Assembly: GCF_009834535.1 (NCBI RefSeq)
Contig: NC_045697.1
Span: forward strand, 85,686,001 to 85,750,000
Source: Camelus ferus
Taxonomy: Eukaryota
Direction: 5' to 3'
Length of the DNA: 64,000 nucleotides
Below the pieces are notes generated by a model, which made no database searches, was not told the origin of the DNA, and worked only from the letters and a program-made list of their open reading frames with translations. The translations under genes and the position numbers were made by a program. Positions within the stretch are counted from its first letter, which is position 1; every line of letters starts with the position of its first letter. Of the stretch, positions 12,875 to 24,889 are shown one piece after another.

Positions 12875-13921
12875 CAAACTTCCCTCTTAGAAATGATTTT
12901 GCTGTGTCCTGGAGGTCTTGGATCATTGTGTTTTCATTTTCATTTGTCTATAGGTATTTTTTAATTTCCTTTTTGATTTCTTCAGTGTTCCATTGGTTGG
13001 TTAGTAGCATATTGTTTAGCCTCCACATGTTTGTGTTTTATGCAGTTTTATTCTTGTAGTAGATTTCTATTCTCATAGCATTGTGGTGAAAAAAGATGAT
13101 TGATAAGATTTCAATTTTCTTAAATTTACCAAGGCTTATTTTATGGCCTAGCATGTAATCTGTCCTGGAGAATGTTCCATGTGCACTTGAAAAGAATACA
13201 TATTTTGCTGCTCTCGGACAGAGGGCTCTCTCTATATATATCAATTAAGTCCATTTGACCTGCTATGTCATTTAAGGCTAGTGTTTCCTTATTGATTTTC
13301 TGTCTGGATCATCTGCCCATTGGTGTAAGTCAGGTTTTAAAGCCCCCTACCATTATTGTGTTATTGTCAATTTCTCCATTTATGCCTGTCAAGATTTGCT
13401 TTATGTATTTAGGTGCTCTTATGTTGGGTGCATATGCATTTACATTGTAATTCTTCTTGGATTGATCCCTTGATCATTATATAGTGTCTTTCTTTATATC
13501 CTGTTACAGTCTTTATTTTAACATCTGTTTTGTCTGATAAAAGTACTGCTACCCTGGCTTTCTTTTGATTTCCATTTTCATGAAATACCTTTTTCCATCT
13601 CATTTTTCAATCTGTGTGTGACTTTAGATCTGAAGTGAGTTTCTTGTAGGTAGCATGTATCTGGGCCTTGGTTTTGTATCCATTCACTCACTCTATGGAA
13701 CATTTAGACTATTTACATTTAAGGTAATTAATAATAGATTCTTATTGCCATTTGTTTATTGTTTTGGGGTTGTTTTTGTAGATTTTTTTTTCCTTCTTTT
13801 GATCTCTTCTCTTGTGATTTGATGACTATCTGGTGTTATGTTTAGATTTATTTTTCTTCTTGTTATATGTATCCATTGTAGATTTTTGATTTGTGGTTAC
13901 TATGAGGTTTTTATATAGCTG

Positions 13922-13957
13922 TATATATATATACACACACACATACATATATATATA
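13922..13957. repeat. (TA)n(CA)n compound microsatellite in the L1 inter-ORF spacer
   Basis: tatatatatatacacacacacatacatatatatata. Confidence 0.85.
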
Positions 13958-16900
13958 ATTGATTTAAGTTTCTGATCTCTTTATTTCAAATGCATTTTTA
14001 CGAACCTTGCATTTGTACTTTCCTCACCTCAAAAATTACTGTTTTTGATACCATATTTAATATCTAATTGTTCTGTATATCCCTTACTTGCTTTGTAGAT
14101 ACAGATGGTTCTACTACTTTTGTCTTATAATCTTCCAACTAACTTTGTGTGTGGATGATTTACTAACTTTGTTGTATGTTTGCCCTTACTGATGACCTTT
14201 TTCATTTTATAATTTTAATGCTTGTCTATAAAGCTTTTGATCTCTCTATCAAATGTGAATGAAAGCCTTGCTGGGTAGAGATTCTTGGTTGTAGGTTTTC
14301 CCCTTCATTACTTTAAATGTATCATGCCCCTCCCTTCTGGCCTTCAGAGTTTCTGCTGAAAACTTAGCTGATCGCCTTATGGAAGTTTCCTTGTATGTTA
14401 TTAGTTGCTTTTCCCTTACTGCTTTTAATATTCTCTTTGTCTTTAATTTTTGCCATTTTAATTACAGTGTCTCTTTGTGTGGTCTTCTTTGGGTTCATTC
14501 TGTTTGGGACTCTAGTTCCTGGCCTTGAGTGACTGTTTCCGTTTGCAGGTTAGGGAAATTTCCAGCTGTTGGGTTTCCAAATATGTCCTCAGCCCCTTTC
14601 TCTCTTCTCCTGGGACCCCTATACTATGAATATTAGTGTGCTTGATGTTGTTTCAGAATTCTCTCAAAGTATCCTGATTTCTTTTCATTCTTTCTTCTTT
14701 TTTCTGTTACGCATCAGTGATTTTCATAATCTGTCTGCCAGCTCATTGATCCATTCCCATGGATCATTTTGTCTACTGTTGATTCCTTCTAGTGTATTTT
14801 TCATTTGTTATTCTTTATCTCTGTTTGGTAGTTGTTCTGTATTTTCTAACTCTTTGTTGAAAATTTCTAACTTCTCATTCTGTGCACCCATTCTTCTCCT
14901 GGGTTCTTTGATCATCTTTACCATCACTACCCTGAACTCTTTTTTTGGGTAGATTGCCTGTCTCCACTTAGTTCTTCTTCTGGGGTTTTATCTTGTTCCT
15001 TCTTCTGGAACATGTTCCTCTGTCACCTCATTTTGCCTAAATTGCTACTTATTTTTATGTATTTGGTAGGTTAGTTACACTTTTTGACCTTGGAGAAATG
15101 GCCTTTTGCAGCACACTCCCCTCCGGTCGCCCAAGCTATGTGCTCTAGGGATTTCACCAGTGAGGACTGCTTGGCTCTTTCTGTTGTGGTGGGCTACGTG
15201 GGCATTCTGGTAGGCTTGGTTGGCTCCTAGTCTGGTTGGTTGCCAGGCTTTGCCTTGTGTGGAGGCTACTGGCTGCCGGCTGGGTCACAAGGCAGCTGGC
15301 TGCAGAACTTCAGGGGCCCCAGGGCTAGTGCTGTCTCAGAGTCAAGATCCAGAAGACTTCACAGCTGTTTCCCACCCATTAGTGGATGAAACTATGTCCT
15401 GGAGTATTGGCAGGCAGAGCTGTGTCTTGGCATCTAGCTGCAGATCCCAGGAGTCCTATAGGTAGCATCAGATTGCTACTGGGAGAGGGGGAGTGCTCCT
15501 TCCTGACATAGTTGAGTATGGGGTCCAGGCTGTCCTGAAGCTTTTGTTGGACTGCTAGTGGGCAGGACTGTGACCCAGTTGGTCTCAGGGAAGGGCCTGG
15601 CTGCTGGTGGGCAGGCTGGGTCTGCAGGCTGCAGCATTGTGGTTTTCTTGTGTCTGGTGTCTGCCCTCAGTGGGTAAGGCTAGAGCTGGCTTCTTAGGAG
15701 GAGGTGTTAGGGCCTGGGGAATTGAGCCTAGTGCCTGCCAATGGGTGGGTAGAGCTGTGTCTTGGGCCCTCTGGTAGGTAGGGCTGTGTCCATAGTAGCT
15801 GAGGACTTAGGGGGTCTTAAGGCAGCCTGTCTGCTGATGAATGGGGCTGTGTGCCCACTTAATTAGTTGTTTGGCCTGAGGTATCTCAGCACTGGCACCT
15901 ACAGTTTTTTGGTCCAAGGCAGGGCTGGGTCCTGGGACTAGTAGGTTAGATGGAGGATTCCAGAATGACACCCACCAACACCTGTGTCCATGTGGCTGAA
16001 GGAGCTCCCATGAATGGCTGTCACCAGTGTCTGTGTGCCCAGGGTGAGCTTCAGTTGCCTTCTGCTTCTCTGGGAGACTCTCCAAGAGCAGCAAATAGGT
16101 CTGGCCTAGGTTCCTATCAAATTACTGCTTTTGCCATCTGTCTCAGAGCATGTGAGATTTTTTTTGTGCATCCTTTTAAGAGTAAAGTCTCTATGTTCCC
16201 CAGTCCTCTGAGACTCCCCAAATTAGGCCCTGTTGTCCTTCAAAGAAATGTTCTAGGGGCTTGTCTTCTTGTGCAGGATCCCAGGGCTGGGGAGCCCAAA
16301 GTGGGGGGTCCCATTTATCACTTCTTTGGGAGAACCCGTGCAATGTAATAATTCTCCAGTTTGTGGGTCACCCACCCAGGAGGATGGGACTTGACTGTAT
16401 TGCAAGTCTGCCTCTCCTACCCATCTCATTGTGGTTCCTTCTTTATGTCTTTAGTTGCATGAAATCTTTTCTGGTAGATTCTTTTTCATCATCTTTTTCA
16501 TTGATGATTGTTCTGCAAATCATTGTGATTTTGGTGTGCTCATGAGAGGAAATGAGCTCAGGGTCTTTCTGTTCTGTCATTTTGACTGATCTCTCCAATA
16601 TACTTGTTTTTAAAGTTGATTTTTGTACTCACAAAACACAAAGTTAATTTACAGATTTTTAAACACTTTTCTCAGAGTTATGTCTGCAACATATTTTTGT
16701 TTAAATTTTAAATTACTGCTTTAAAATTTGTATTCTAAATCTAATTTCTTTATATAAAACTTGGCAATTACTACTCAGATGTGGTAATGAAGAAGCAAAG
16801 AAAAGCTTTCACTTTGAGCAGTATACTTTTAAATAAAGTTTGAATAATTTTATTACAATTTACAATTTATTATTTATAATCCAATTAAATAAAGAATATT

Positions 16901-17691
16901 AACTCAACCATTCTTCAAGCTTGCCAAATAAGCAAATAGTTCATCCAGCAGACTGAATCAGTTATCTGTCTTACTCAGTGGAGAAAATGGAGTTGGGTGG
17001 GTTTAGTTAAGCAGACAAGTCAGAGTCCCCTCATGGTTTTGCCCTCACTAAGATATGTCATTGAATTGTTCTGTGTTCAGGCCAGGAGATCTCCAAGATG
17101 ATCACATATTATCAGTAGAAAAATTCAACTTTCTTAATATCTAGTTTGGACAGTCAAGGCATGACCAAGTTGTGTGTGTACACATTCATGCGCATACACA
17201 TACAACAAAATCACCACACTTTTGACCTCCTTTTTAGTAGAAAGGAGTAACCAGGTGAACAGAGGAAAATCAAAGTATTTAAATTTCTATTATAGTAAAA
17301 TGTATTCCTGCTATTCCTGTTACTTTCCTAATTTTGTAGATTTTCTCAGTGTCTAGTACTTAATCCTTTGCCTTAGAGACCTCCACCCACTAAGAATGCT
17401 AATGAGGTCCCTTTGTGGCTGACAGTCTTAAGAACTCTGTAAACACTCTGCTTCCTCTTTCAACTTTCCTTTCTTTCATCTTCTATTTTGAGGTACCCAC
17501 CTAAACCCTTATCAGAACCAGCCAGTCTCCCTGGCAGTGAACACTACTAACACAATTTATACAGCAATTTGCATGGTCTGGTGAATAAGGTATGGTTTTC
17601 CTCTATCAGAACAACCTGATTTCTTTGGTAGGAAACAAAACTTCAGGTCATAAAATTTGCTTCTACCTTGACTTAAAGTTGTAGCCACTAG

Positions 17692-18590
17692 ATCAGGATG
17701 GCAGAATAAGAAGATCCAGAACTTAACTTCTCCCACAGACACACTGAAACTACAGCTACATAGAGAACAGCTCTCTCTGAGAATAACCTGAAGTCTAGGA
17801 GAGCAGATTTTGTTCAACTAAGCATATAAAGGAAAGATTACATCAAGATGGGTAGGAGGGGCAGAGATGTGGTCTAGTCAGAAACCACATTCCAGTGCAA
17901 CAGCCCACAAGTGGGAGACATGTCACAACAATGGAGAGCCACTTGAGGAGCAAGGAGTCTGAGTTCCATATCAGGATCCCCAATTTGAGGTACCTTCATG
18001 GGAAAGTGAGCCTCTATGATGTCTGGTTTTGGAAACCAGTGGGGCTTACATTTGGGAGAGTGGAAGGGCTGTGGGAAACCAAGACTTTGCTCTTAAAATC
18101 CTTGTGCACATACTTGCTCTGAGTCTCAGTGCAGAGGCAGAAGCTTGAAAACCGCTGGGTCGTAGAGAAAATTCTCTAACTAATTTTAGGGTATGTACTG
18201 GAGGGGCAGAGATCTGGTGGAACTTTTTCTGGGGATGGTAGTGGTGGGCACTATTTTTTTGTTCTTACTCTTTCAACTAACTGGCCTGGTGCTAGTAGTC
18301 CCTGTTTCTGTTACTCTCCATCAGTTTAGCTAATACCATGCATCCTGCCCCAGCATTTTCCTGAAGGCCAGACATGCTCAATACATGGGCTCTGCTGGGC
18401 CCTCCAAAGCAGCTTCAGCCCCACCCACTGGGAAGACTGCCAGAACCAGTACCCCTCCAAAGTAGCTCCCACTGCAGAGAGCCAGTTCATGCACGCAAAA
18501 CTACCCACAGCAGTCATGGCCAGGCCGCATAGACAGCTGGACTGAGGGTAAGCCCCACCAACCAGGGTGTCTGTAACAATCACCGTTGAC
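17692..18590 (+). mobile_element. Isolated LINE-1 5'UTR fragment
   Basis: Starts 'gatcaggatggcagaataagaagatccagaacttaacttctcccacagacacac..'; reverse-homologous to the 5' ends at ~16200-16596 and ~27700-28058. Confidence 0.75.
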
Positions 18591-18879
18591 TGTGACAGAA
18601 AAAACCTAGAAAGCACCTTACACATCTGTCAATAAAGAAATCATAAAATACAGGGATACTCTGCAAGCTATTAAAAATAATAAGATAGACTCCTTCATGT
18701 TGAGAACAATGTCAGTGATATAAAGCTATCAAACTCAAATATATGGTATGGTGCCAGTTAATGGGGGTAACAAAAGAACAGAGTAGGAGAAGTAGGAAAT
18801 TCTGGTAGGCATCAAATAACTGACAGTGATAAGTCTTAAAGCCTTGGTGTAGACAAAGAGTGTAGGGAATTTTCACTTC

Positions 18880-19210
18880 TTTTGTATGTTTTAATTGAAA
18901 TATATTTGACATATTATTATGTAAATTTAGGGTGTACAATGTGTTGAGACAATTATATATTGTAATATGATTTTCATTGTGATAATCAGCACCTCTTTCA
19001 TAATCATTTCTTTTTAATAGTTAGAATAATTTTTAGTCTCTTACCAAGTTTGCTTATTATAAAATATTGTCTATATTTATGATGCGGTGTATTAGATCTC
19101 TAGGACTCATTAACTACTTGTTGCAGGTTTGTACCCTTAAACATCTGTTCTCCCATACCCAGCCCCTGGTAACTACCATTTTACTCTCTGTTTTTATGAC
19201 TTTGGCTTTT
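18880..19210 (-). mobile_element. Older LINE-1 (L1MA-like) 3'UTR
   Basis: 'ttttaattgaaatatatttgacata..tagatctctaggactcatt..gcccctggtaactaccattttactctctgtttttatgac'. Confidence 0.8.
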
Positions 19211-19523
19211 GTTTTTTTTTTTTTTTACATTTTTTAAATTGAGTAGTAGTCATTTTACAATGTTGTGTCAAATTCTAGTGTACAGCACAATTTTTCAGCT
19301 ATACATGAACATGTATATATTCATTGTCACATTTTTTTTTTCGCCATGAGCTACCACAAGATCTTGTATATATTTCCCTGTGCCATACATTATAATGTTT
19401 ATCTAGTCTGCATTTTAAAATCCCAGTCTGTCCCTTCCCACCCCCCCGCCCCCTTGGCAACCACAAGTTTGTATTCTATGTCTTTGAGTCTGTTTCTGTT
19501 TTGTATTTATGTCTTTTTTTTTT

Positions 19524-22500
19524 TTAGATTCTGCATATGAGTGATCTCATATGGTATTTTTTTTTCTCTTTCTGGCTTACTTCACTTAGAATGATATTCT
19601 CCGGGAGCATCCATGTTGCTGCAAACGGCATTATGTTGTTGGTTTTTATGGCTGAGTAGTACTCCATCGCATAAATATACCACTTCTTGTTATCCAGTCA
19701 TCTGTTGATGGACATTTAGGCTGTCTCCATATCTTGGCTGTTGTAAATAGTGCTGCTATGAACATTGGGGTGCAGGTGTCATTTTGAAATAGGGTTCCTT
19801 CTGGATATAAGCCCAGGAGCGGGATTCCTGGGTCGTATGGTAAGTCTATTCCTAGTCTTTTGAGGAATCTCCTTACTGTTTTCCACAGTGGCTGCACTAA
19901 ACTGCATTCCCACCAGCAGTGAAGGAGGGTTCGCCTTTCTCCACAGCCTCTCCAGCATTTGTCATTTGTGGATTTTTGAAAGATGGCCATTCTGACTGGT
20001 GTGAGGTGATAGATACCTCATTGTAGTTTTGATTTGCATTTCTCTGATAATTAGTGATATTGAGCATTTTTTCATGTGTCTATTGATCATTTGTATGTCT
20101 TCCTTGGAGAATTGCTTGTTTAGGTCTTTTGCCCATTTTTGGATTGGGTTATTTGGTTGTTTCTTATTAAGTCGTATGAGCTGCTTATATATTCTGGAGA
20201 TCAAGCCTTTGTCGGTTTCATTTGCAAAAATTTTCTCCCATCCCATAGGTTGTCTTTTTGTTTTACTTATGGTTTCCTTTGCTGTGCAGAAGCTAGTAAG
20301 TTTCATTAGGTCCCATTTGTTTATTCTTGCTTTTATTTCTATTGCTTGAGTAGACTGCTCTAGGAGAACATTTTTGAGATGTATGTCTGATAATGTTTTG
20401 CCTATATTTTCTTCTAGGAGGTTTACTGTATCTTGTTTTATGTTTAAGTCTTTGATCCACTTTGAGTTGATTTTTGTGTACGATGTAAGGGAGTGTTCTA
20501 GCTTCATTGCTTTACATACTGCTGTCCAGTTTTCCCAGCACCATTTGCTGAAGAGACTGTCTTTATTCCATTGTATATTCTTGCCTCCTTTGTCGAAGAT
20601 TAGTTGACCAAAAGCTTGTGGGTTCATTTTTGGGCTCTCTATTCTGTTCCATTGGTCTGTATGTCTGTTTTTGTACCAATACCATGCTGTCTTGATGGCT
20701 GTAGCTCTATAGTATTGTCTGAAGTCTGGGAGAGTTATTCCTCCAGCCTCTTTCTTTCTCTTCAGTACTGCTTTGGCAGTTCTAGGTCTTTGATGGTTCC
20801 ATATAAATTTGATTATGATTTGTTCTAGTTTTGTGAAATATGTCCTGGGTAATTTGATAGGGATTGCATGAAATCTGTAGATTGCCTTGGGCAGTGTGAC
20901 CATTTTAACAATATTGATTCTTCCAATCCAAGAGCATGGGGTATCTTTCCATTTTTTAAAGTCTTCTTTAATTTCCTTCATCAATGGTTTATAGTTTTCT
21001 GTATATAATTCTTTCACCTCCTTGGTTAGATTTATTCCTAGGTATTTTATTACTTTGGGTGCTATTTTAAAGGGGATTGTTTCTTTACTTTCTTTTTCTG
21101 TTGATTCCTTGTTAGTGTAAAGAAATGCAACTGATTTTTGAACGTTAATCTTGTAACCTGCTACCTTGCTGAATTCTTCGATCAGCTCTAGTAGTTTTTG
21201 TGTGGACCTTTTAGGGTTTTCTACATATAGTAACATGTCGTTGGCATATAGTGACACTTTTACCTCTTCTTTTCCAATTTGGATCCCTTTTATTTCTCTA
21301 TCTTGCCTGATTGCTGTGGCTAGGACTTCCAGGACTATGTTGAATAGGAGTGGTGATAGTGGGCATCCTTGTCTTGTCACAGATTTTAGTGGGAAGCTTT
21401 TGAGTTTTTTACCATTGAATACTATGCTGGCAGTAGGTTTGTCATATATAGCTTTTATTATGTTGATATATGTTCCCTCTATACCCACTTTGGTGAGAGT
21501 TTTTATCATAAATGGGTGTTGAATTTTATCAAATGCTTTTTTTGCATCTATTGAGATGATCATGTGGTTTTTGTCCTTTCTCTTGTTGATGTGATGTATT
21601 ACATTGATTGACTTGCATATGTTGAACCACCCTTGTGTCCCTGGGATGAACCCCACTTGGTCATAATGTGTCATCTTTTTTATGTGTTGTTGGATTCTGT
21701 TTGCTAATATTTTTGTGAGGATTTTGGCGTCTATGTTCATCAGTGATATTGTCCTATAATTCTCTTTTTTTGTAGTGTCTTTGCCTGATTTTGGTATCAG
21801 GGTGATGGTGGCTTCATAGAATGAGTTTGGGAGTATTTCCTCCTTTTCAGTTTTCTGGAAGAGTTTGAGAAGGACTGGTAATGAGTTCTTCTTTTATGTT
21901 TGGTAGAATTCCCCAGTGAAGCCGTCCAGTCCTGGACTTTTATTTGTAGGGAGGTTTTTAATTGCTATTTCTATTTCATTTCTAGTGATTGGTTTGTTTA
22001 AGTGGTCAGTTTCTTCTTGATTCAGTCTTGGTGGACAGTATGTTTCCAGAAACTTGTCCATCTCCTCTAGGTTATCCAGTTTGGTTCCATATAGTTTTTC
22101 ATAATATTCTTGTATGATACTCTGTTGTATTTCTATTTTATTTGTTGTAATTTCTCTATTTTCCTTTCTTATTTTACTAATTTGTGCTCTCTCTTTTTTC
22201 TTCTTTGTGAGTTTTTCCAGAGGTTTTTCGATTTAATTTTTTCGAAAACCAGCTTTTGGTTTGGTTGATTTTTTTCTATGGTCTTGTTAATCTCTATTGT
22301 ATTTATTTCCTCCCTGATCTTTATAATTTCCTTCCTTCTGCTGCCTTTTGGGGCTTTTTGTTCTTTTTCTAATTCATTCAGCTGGTGGGTTAAATTGTTT
22401 ATTTGAGATTGTTCTTTTTTTCAGGAAGGCCTGTATCACTATAAACTTCCCTCTTAGCAATGCCTTTTCTGTGTCCCATAGATTTTGACTGGTTGTGCTT

Positions 22501-23324
22501 TCATTGTCATTTGTCTCAAGGTATTTTTTAATTTCAGCTTTGATTTCCTCATTGACCCATTGTTTTTTTAATAACATATTGTTTAATCTCCATGTGTTCC
22601 TTTTGTTCTCCTTTGTTTCTCTGTTGTTGATTTCTAGTTTCATGGCATTGTGGTCAGTAAAGATGCTTGAGATGACTTCTGTCTTCTTAAAATTGTTGAG
22701 GTTTCTTTTGTGCCTAAGTGCATGATCAATCCTGGAAAATGTTCTATGTGCACTTGAAAAGAATGTATGTCCTGTTTTTGGGGGGTGTAATGCTCTGAAA
22801 ATATCCAAATCTAATTTTTCTATTGTATTATATAATTTCTCTTTTGCCTTATATTCTGTCTGGAAGATCTGTCTAGTGATGTTAATGCAGTGTTAAAATC
22901 TCCAACTATGATTGTATTCCCATCAAAATCCCCCTTTATCTCTGTTAGTAATTGTTCTATGTACTTAGGTGCTCATATATTGGGTGGATATATATTAACG
23001 AGTGTAATATCCTCATCTTGTATCACTCCTTTAATCATTATAAAATGTCCTTTATCTTTCTTTATGGCCTTTGTTTTAAAGTCTAGTTTGTCTGAAATCA
23101 GTACTGCAACACCCGCTTTTTTGGCTTTTCCATTTGCATGGAATATCCTTTTCCATCCTTTCACTCTCAATCTATATGTGTTCTTCTCCCTAAAGTGGGT
23201 CTCTTGTATGCAGCATATTGAAGGTTCTTGCTTTATTATCCAGTCTGCCACTCTGTCTTTTGACTGGAGCATTTAGTCCATTAACATTTACAGTAATTAA
23301 TGATAGGTGTGTGTTTATTGCCAT
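19524..23324 (-). pseudogene. L1 ORF2p (APE endonuclease, reverse transcriptase, Cys-rich C-terminus), disrupted
   Basis: Starts MAINTHLSLITVNVNGLNAP; EN peptide ICCIQETH (22973-23272); 592-aa open segment 19962-21740 with TRQGCPLSP, and YANDM in place of the catalytic YADD; several frameshifts. Confidence 0.95.
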
Positions 23325-23734
23325 TTTGAACTTCTCTTTGCAGTTGATTTGGTATTTCCTCTTTGTTCCTTTCTTCTTCCTTTTGTGGTCTGGTAATTTT
23401 CCTTTGTATTATCATGGATTTTATTTAGTTTTTGTGACTCCCTTGTAAGTTTTTGGCTTGTGGTTACCCTTTTTCGTAAATCTATTAGCCCATTACTATA
23501 ACTGTTTTTATTAAACTGATAGTAACATGATCTCAAACCCATCCTACTGAGAAAAAAAAAATTTTTAAAAAGAAAGAAAAAAATATATTCTATATTTCCC
23601 TGCCTCCCTCTCCCACTCTCAATGATTTGTATGTCTTCTTTTATAATTTTGTGTTTATTTTATTTGTAATTCATGAGTTATCACCTTTCCAGTTGTGAGT
23701 TTCTCATTTCTGTAGCATCCTGCTGCTTTTCTAT

Positions 23735-24512
23735 TTAGAATAGCCCTTTCAATATTTCTTTTAGCATGGGTTTAGTGTTGCTAAACTCCTGCAGCTTTTT
23801 ATTGTCTGTGAAATTCTTTATCTCTCCTTCTATCCTAAAGGATAGCCTTGCTGGATAAAATATCCTAGGCTGCATCTTTTTTTCATTCAGGGCTTTGAAT
23901 ATATCTTGCCACTCCTTCTGGCCTGTAGTGTTTGTGTAGAGAAATCAGCTGAGAGCCTTATGGGGTTCCCTTGTAACTTACTCTTTGCTTTTCTCTTGCT
24001 GCCTTTAGAATAATTTCTTTATCCTTGATTCTGGCCATCTTGATTATGATATGTCTTGGTGTGGGTCTATTTGGGTTCCTCCTGTTTGGGACCCTGATAT
24101 CTGATTCCTTCTTTAAGTTTGGGAAGTTTTCAGTCATGATTTCTTCAAAAACCTTTTCAATCCCCTTTGATCTTTCTTCCCCTTCTGGGACCCCTATTAT
24201 GCAAAGATTGGCACACTTTATATTATCCCATAGGTCCCTTATGCTATTTTCATTATTTTGTATCTGTTTCTCTTGTAGCTCTTCTGATTGGGTGCTTTCT
24301 ATTGTCCTGTCTTCTAGGTCACTAATTCATTCCTCTGCATTATCTAGTCTGCTTTGCACAGCTTTTAGATCATTCCTCATCTCAGTCAATGAGTTTACCC
24401 ATTCTACTTGGCTCTTCTTTATAGCTTCAATTTCATTTTTGACGTATTTTATATCTCTAAACACTATCTCTTTTAATTCCTTCAGGACTTTGATCACTCC
24501 TTTTTTGAAATC
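23735..24512 (-). pseudogene. L1 ORF1p, N-terminally truncated and disrupted
   Basis: Sense translation DFKKGVIKVLKELKE..RDLWDNIK..IIGVPEGEE..RPTPRHIIIKM..PIRLSADFS; no start codon, an internal stop and a frameshift. Confidence 0.9.
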
Positions 24513-24889
24513 CCTCTGTGCCTGTTTAACTTAGTTCTGTCAGTCAAGGGCTGCTCTGTACAGATCCGAGCCTTGGAGGCTCCCCCTCCGTCCTGCTGGC
24601 CTCTTGGTTGGAGGGAGGAGACCCAGCGAAGGAGCGCTAGTCCTCCTTTGCCGCTCCCTCCCCGTGGGACCCATCCCGCTGTGCTTTGCCTTTTCTTCTT
24701 TCTTTTTTCCTTTTCTCCTACCAGATTTTTGGCATCTCTATCTTTTGAAGAGGACGATGTTCTGTTGGAGTTCCACAGGTGCTCTGGTTGGCTGAGTGGG
24801 TCTGTGGATGTGAATCTTGGTGCATTTATGGGAGAGGGTGAGCTACCAGCATCCTTCTACCCCGCCATCTTGGCCTCTCAGGCACATAA

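Larger units (their letters stand above)
9671..16596 (-). mobile_element. Older LINE-1 retaining both ends (5'UTR, ORF1, spacer, decayed ORF2, 3'UTR), with an internal RT deletion and a nested insertion
   Basis: 3'UTR from ~9690; ORF2 pieces in the ORF track (10914-11135, 13038-13244, 13409-13603); ORF1 ATG ~15031; 5'UTR to ~16596; possible diverged TSD atagtacttggtttt (9656-9670) / atatacttgttttt (16598-16611). Confidence 0.88.
19211..24879 (-). mobile_element. Young LINE-1 retaining both termini but missing most of the 5'UTR and the ORF1 N-terminus
   Basis: Poly(T) at ~19212-19236; ORF2 ~19524-23324; ~410-bp spacer; ORF1 23735-24512; 5' end reads gagaggccaagatggcggg in sense (YY1-like motif) at ~24861-24879. 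Confidence 0.95.

Noticed and set aside
11490..20575. Segmental duplication between 11.5-12.9 kb and 19.2-20.6 kb
   Set aside because: Similarity is confined to L1 sequence, the first copy has its own TSD, and the flanks differ
19962..21740. 592-aa reverse-transcriptase ORF as a novel RT system or domesticated gene
   Set aside because: It is a fragment of ordinary L1 ORF2 in L1 context, frameshifted on both sides, with YADD changed to YAND
23325..23734. ~410-bp ORF1-ORF2 spacer as an extra gene or novel insert
   Set aside because: Spacers of several hundred bp occur in all the L1s here that span this region and are known in non-primate L1s; the overlapping 75-aa ORF has a non-ATG start and no recognisable features
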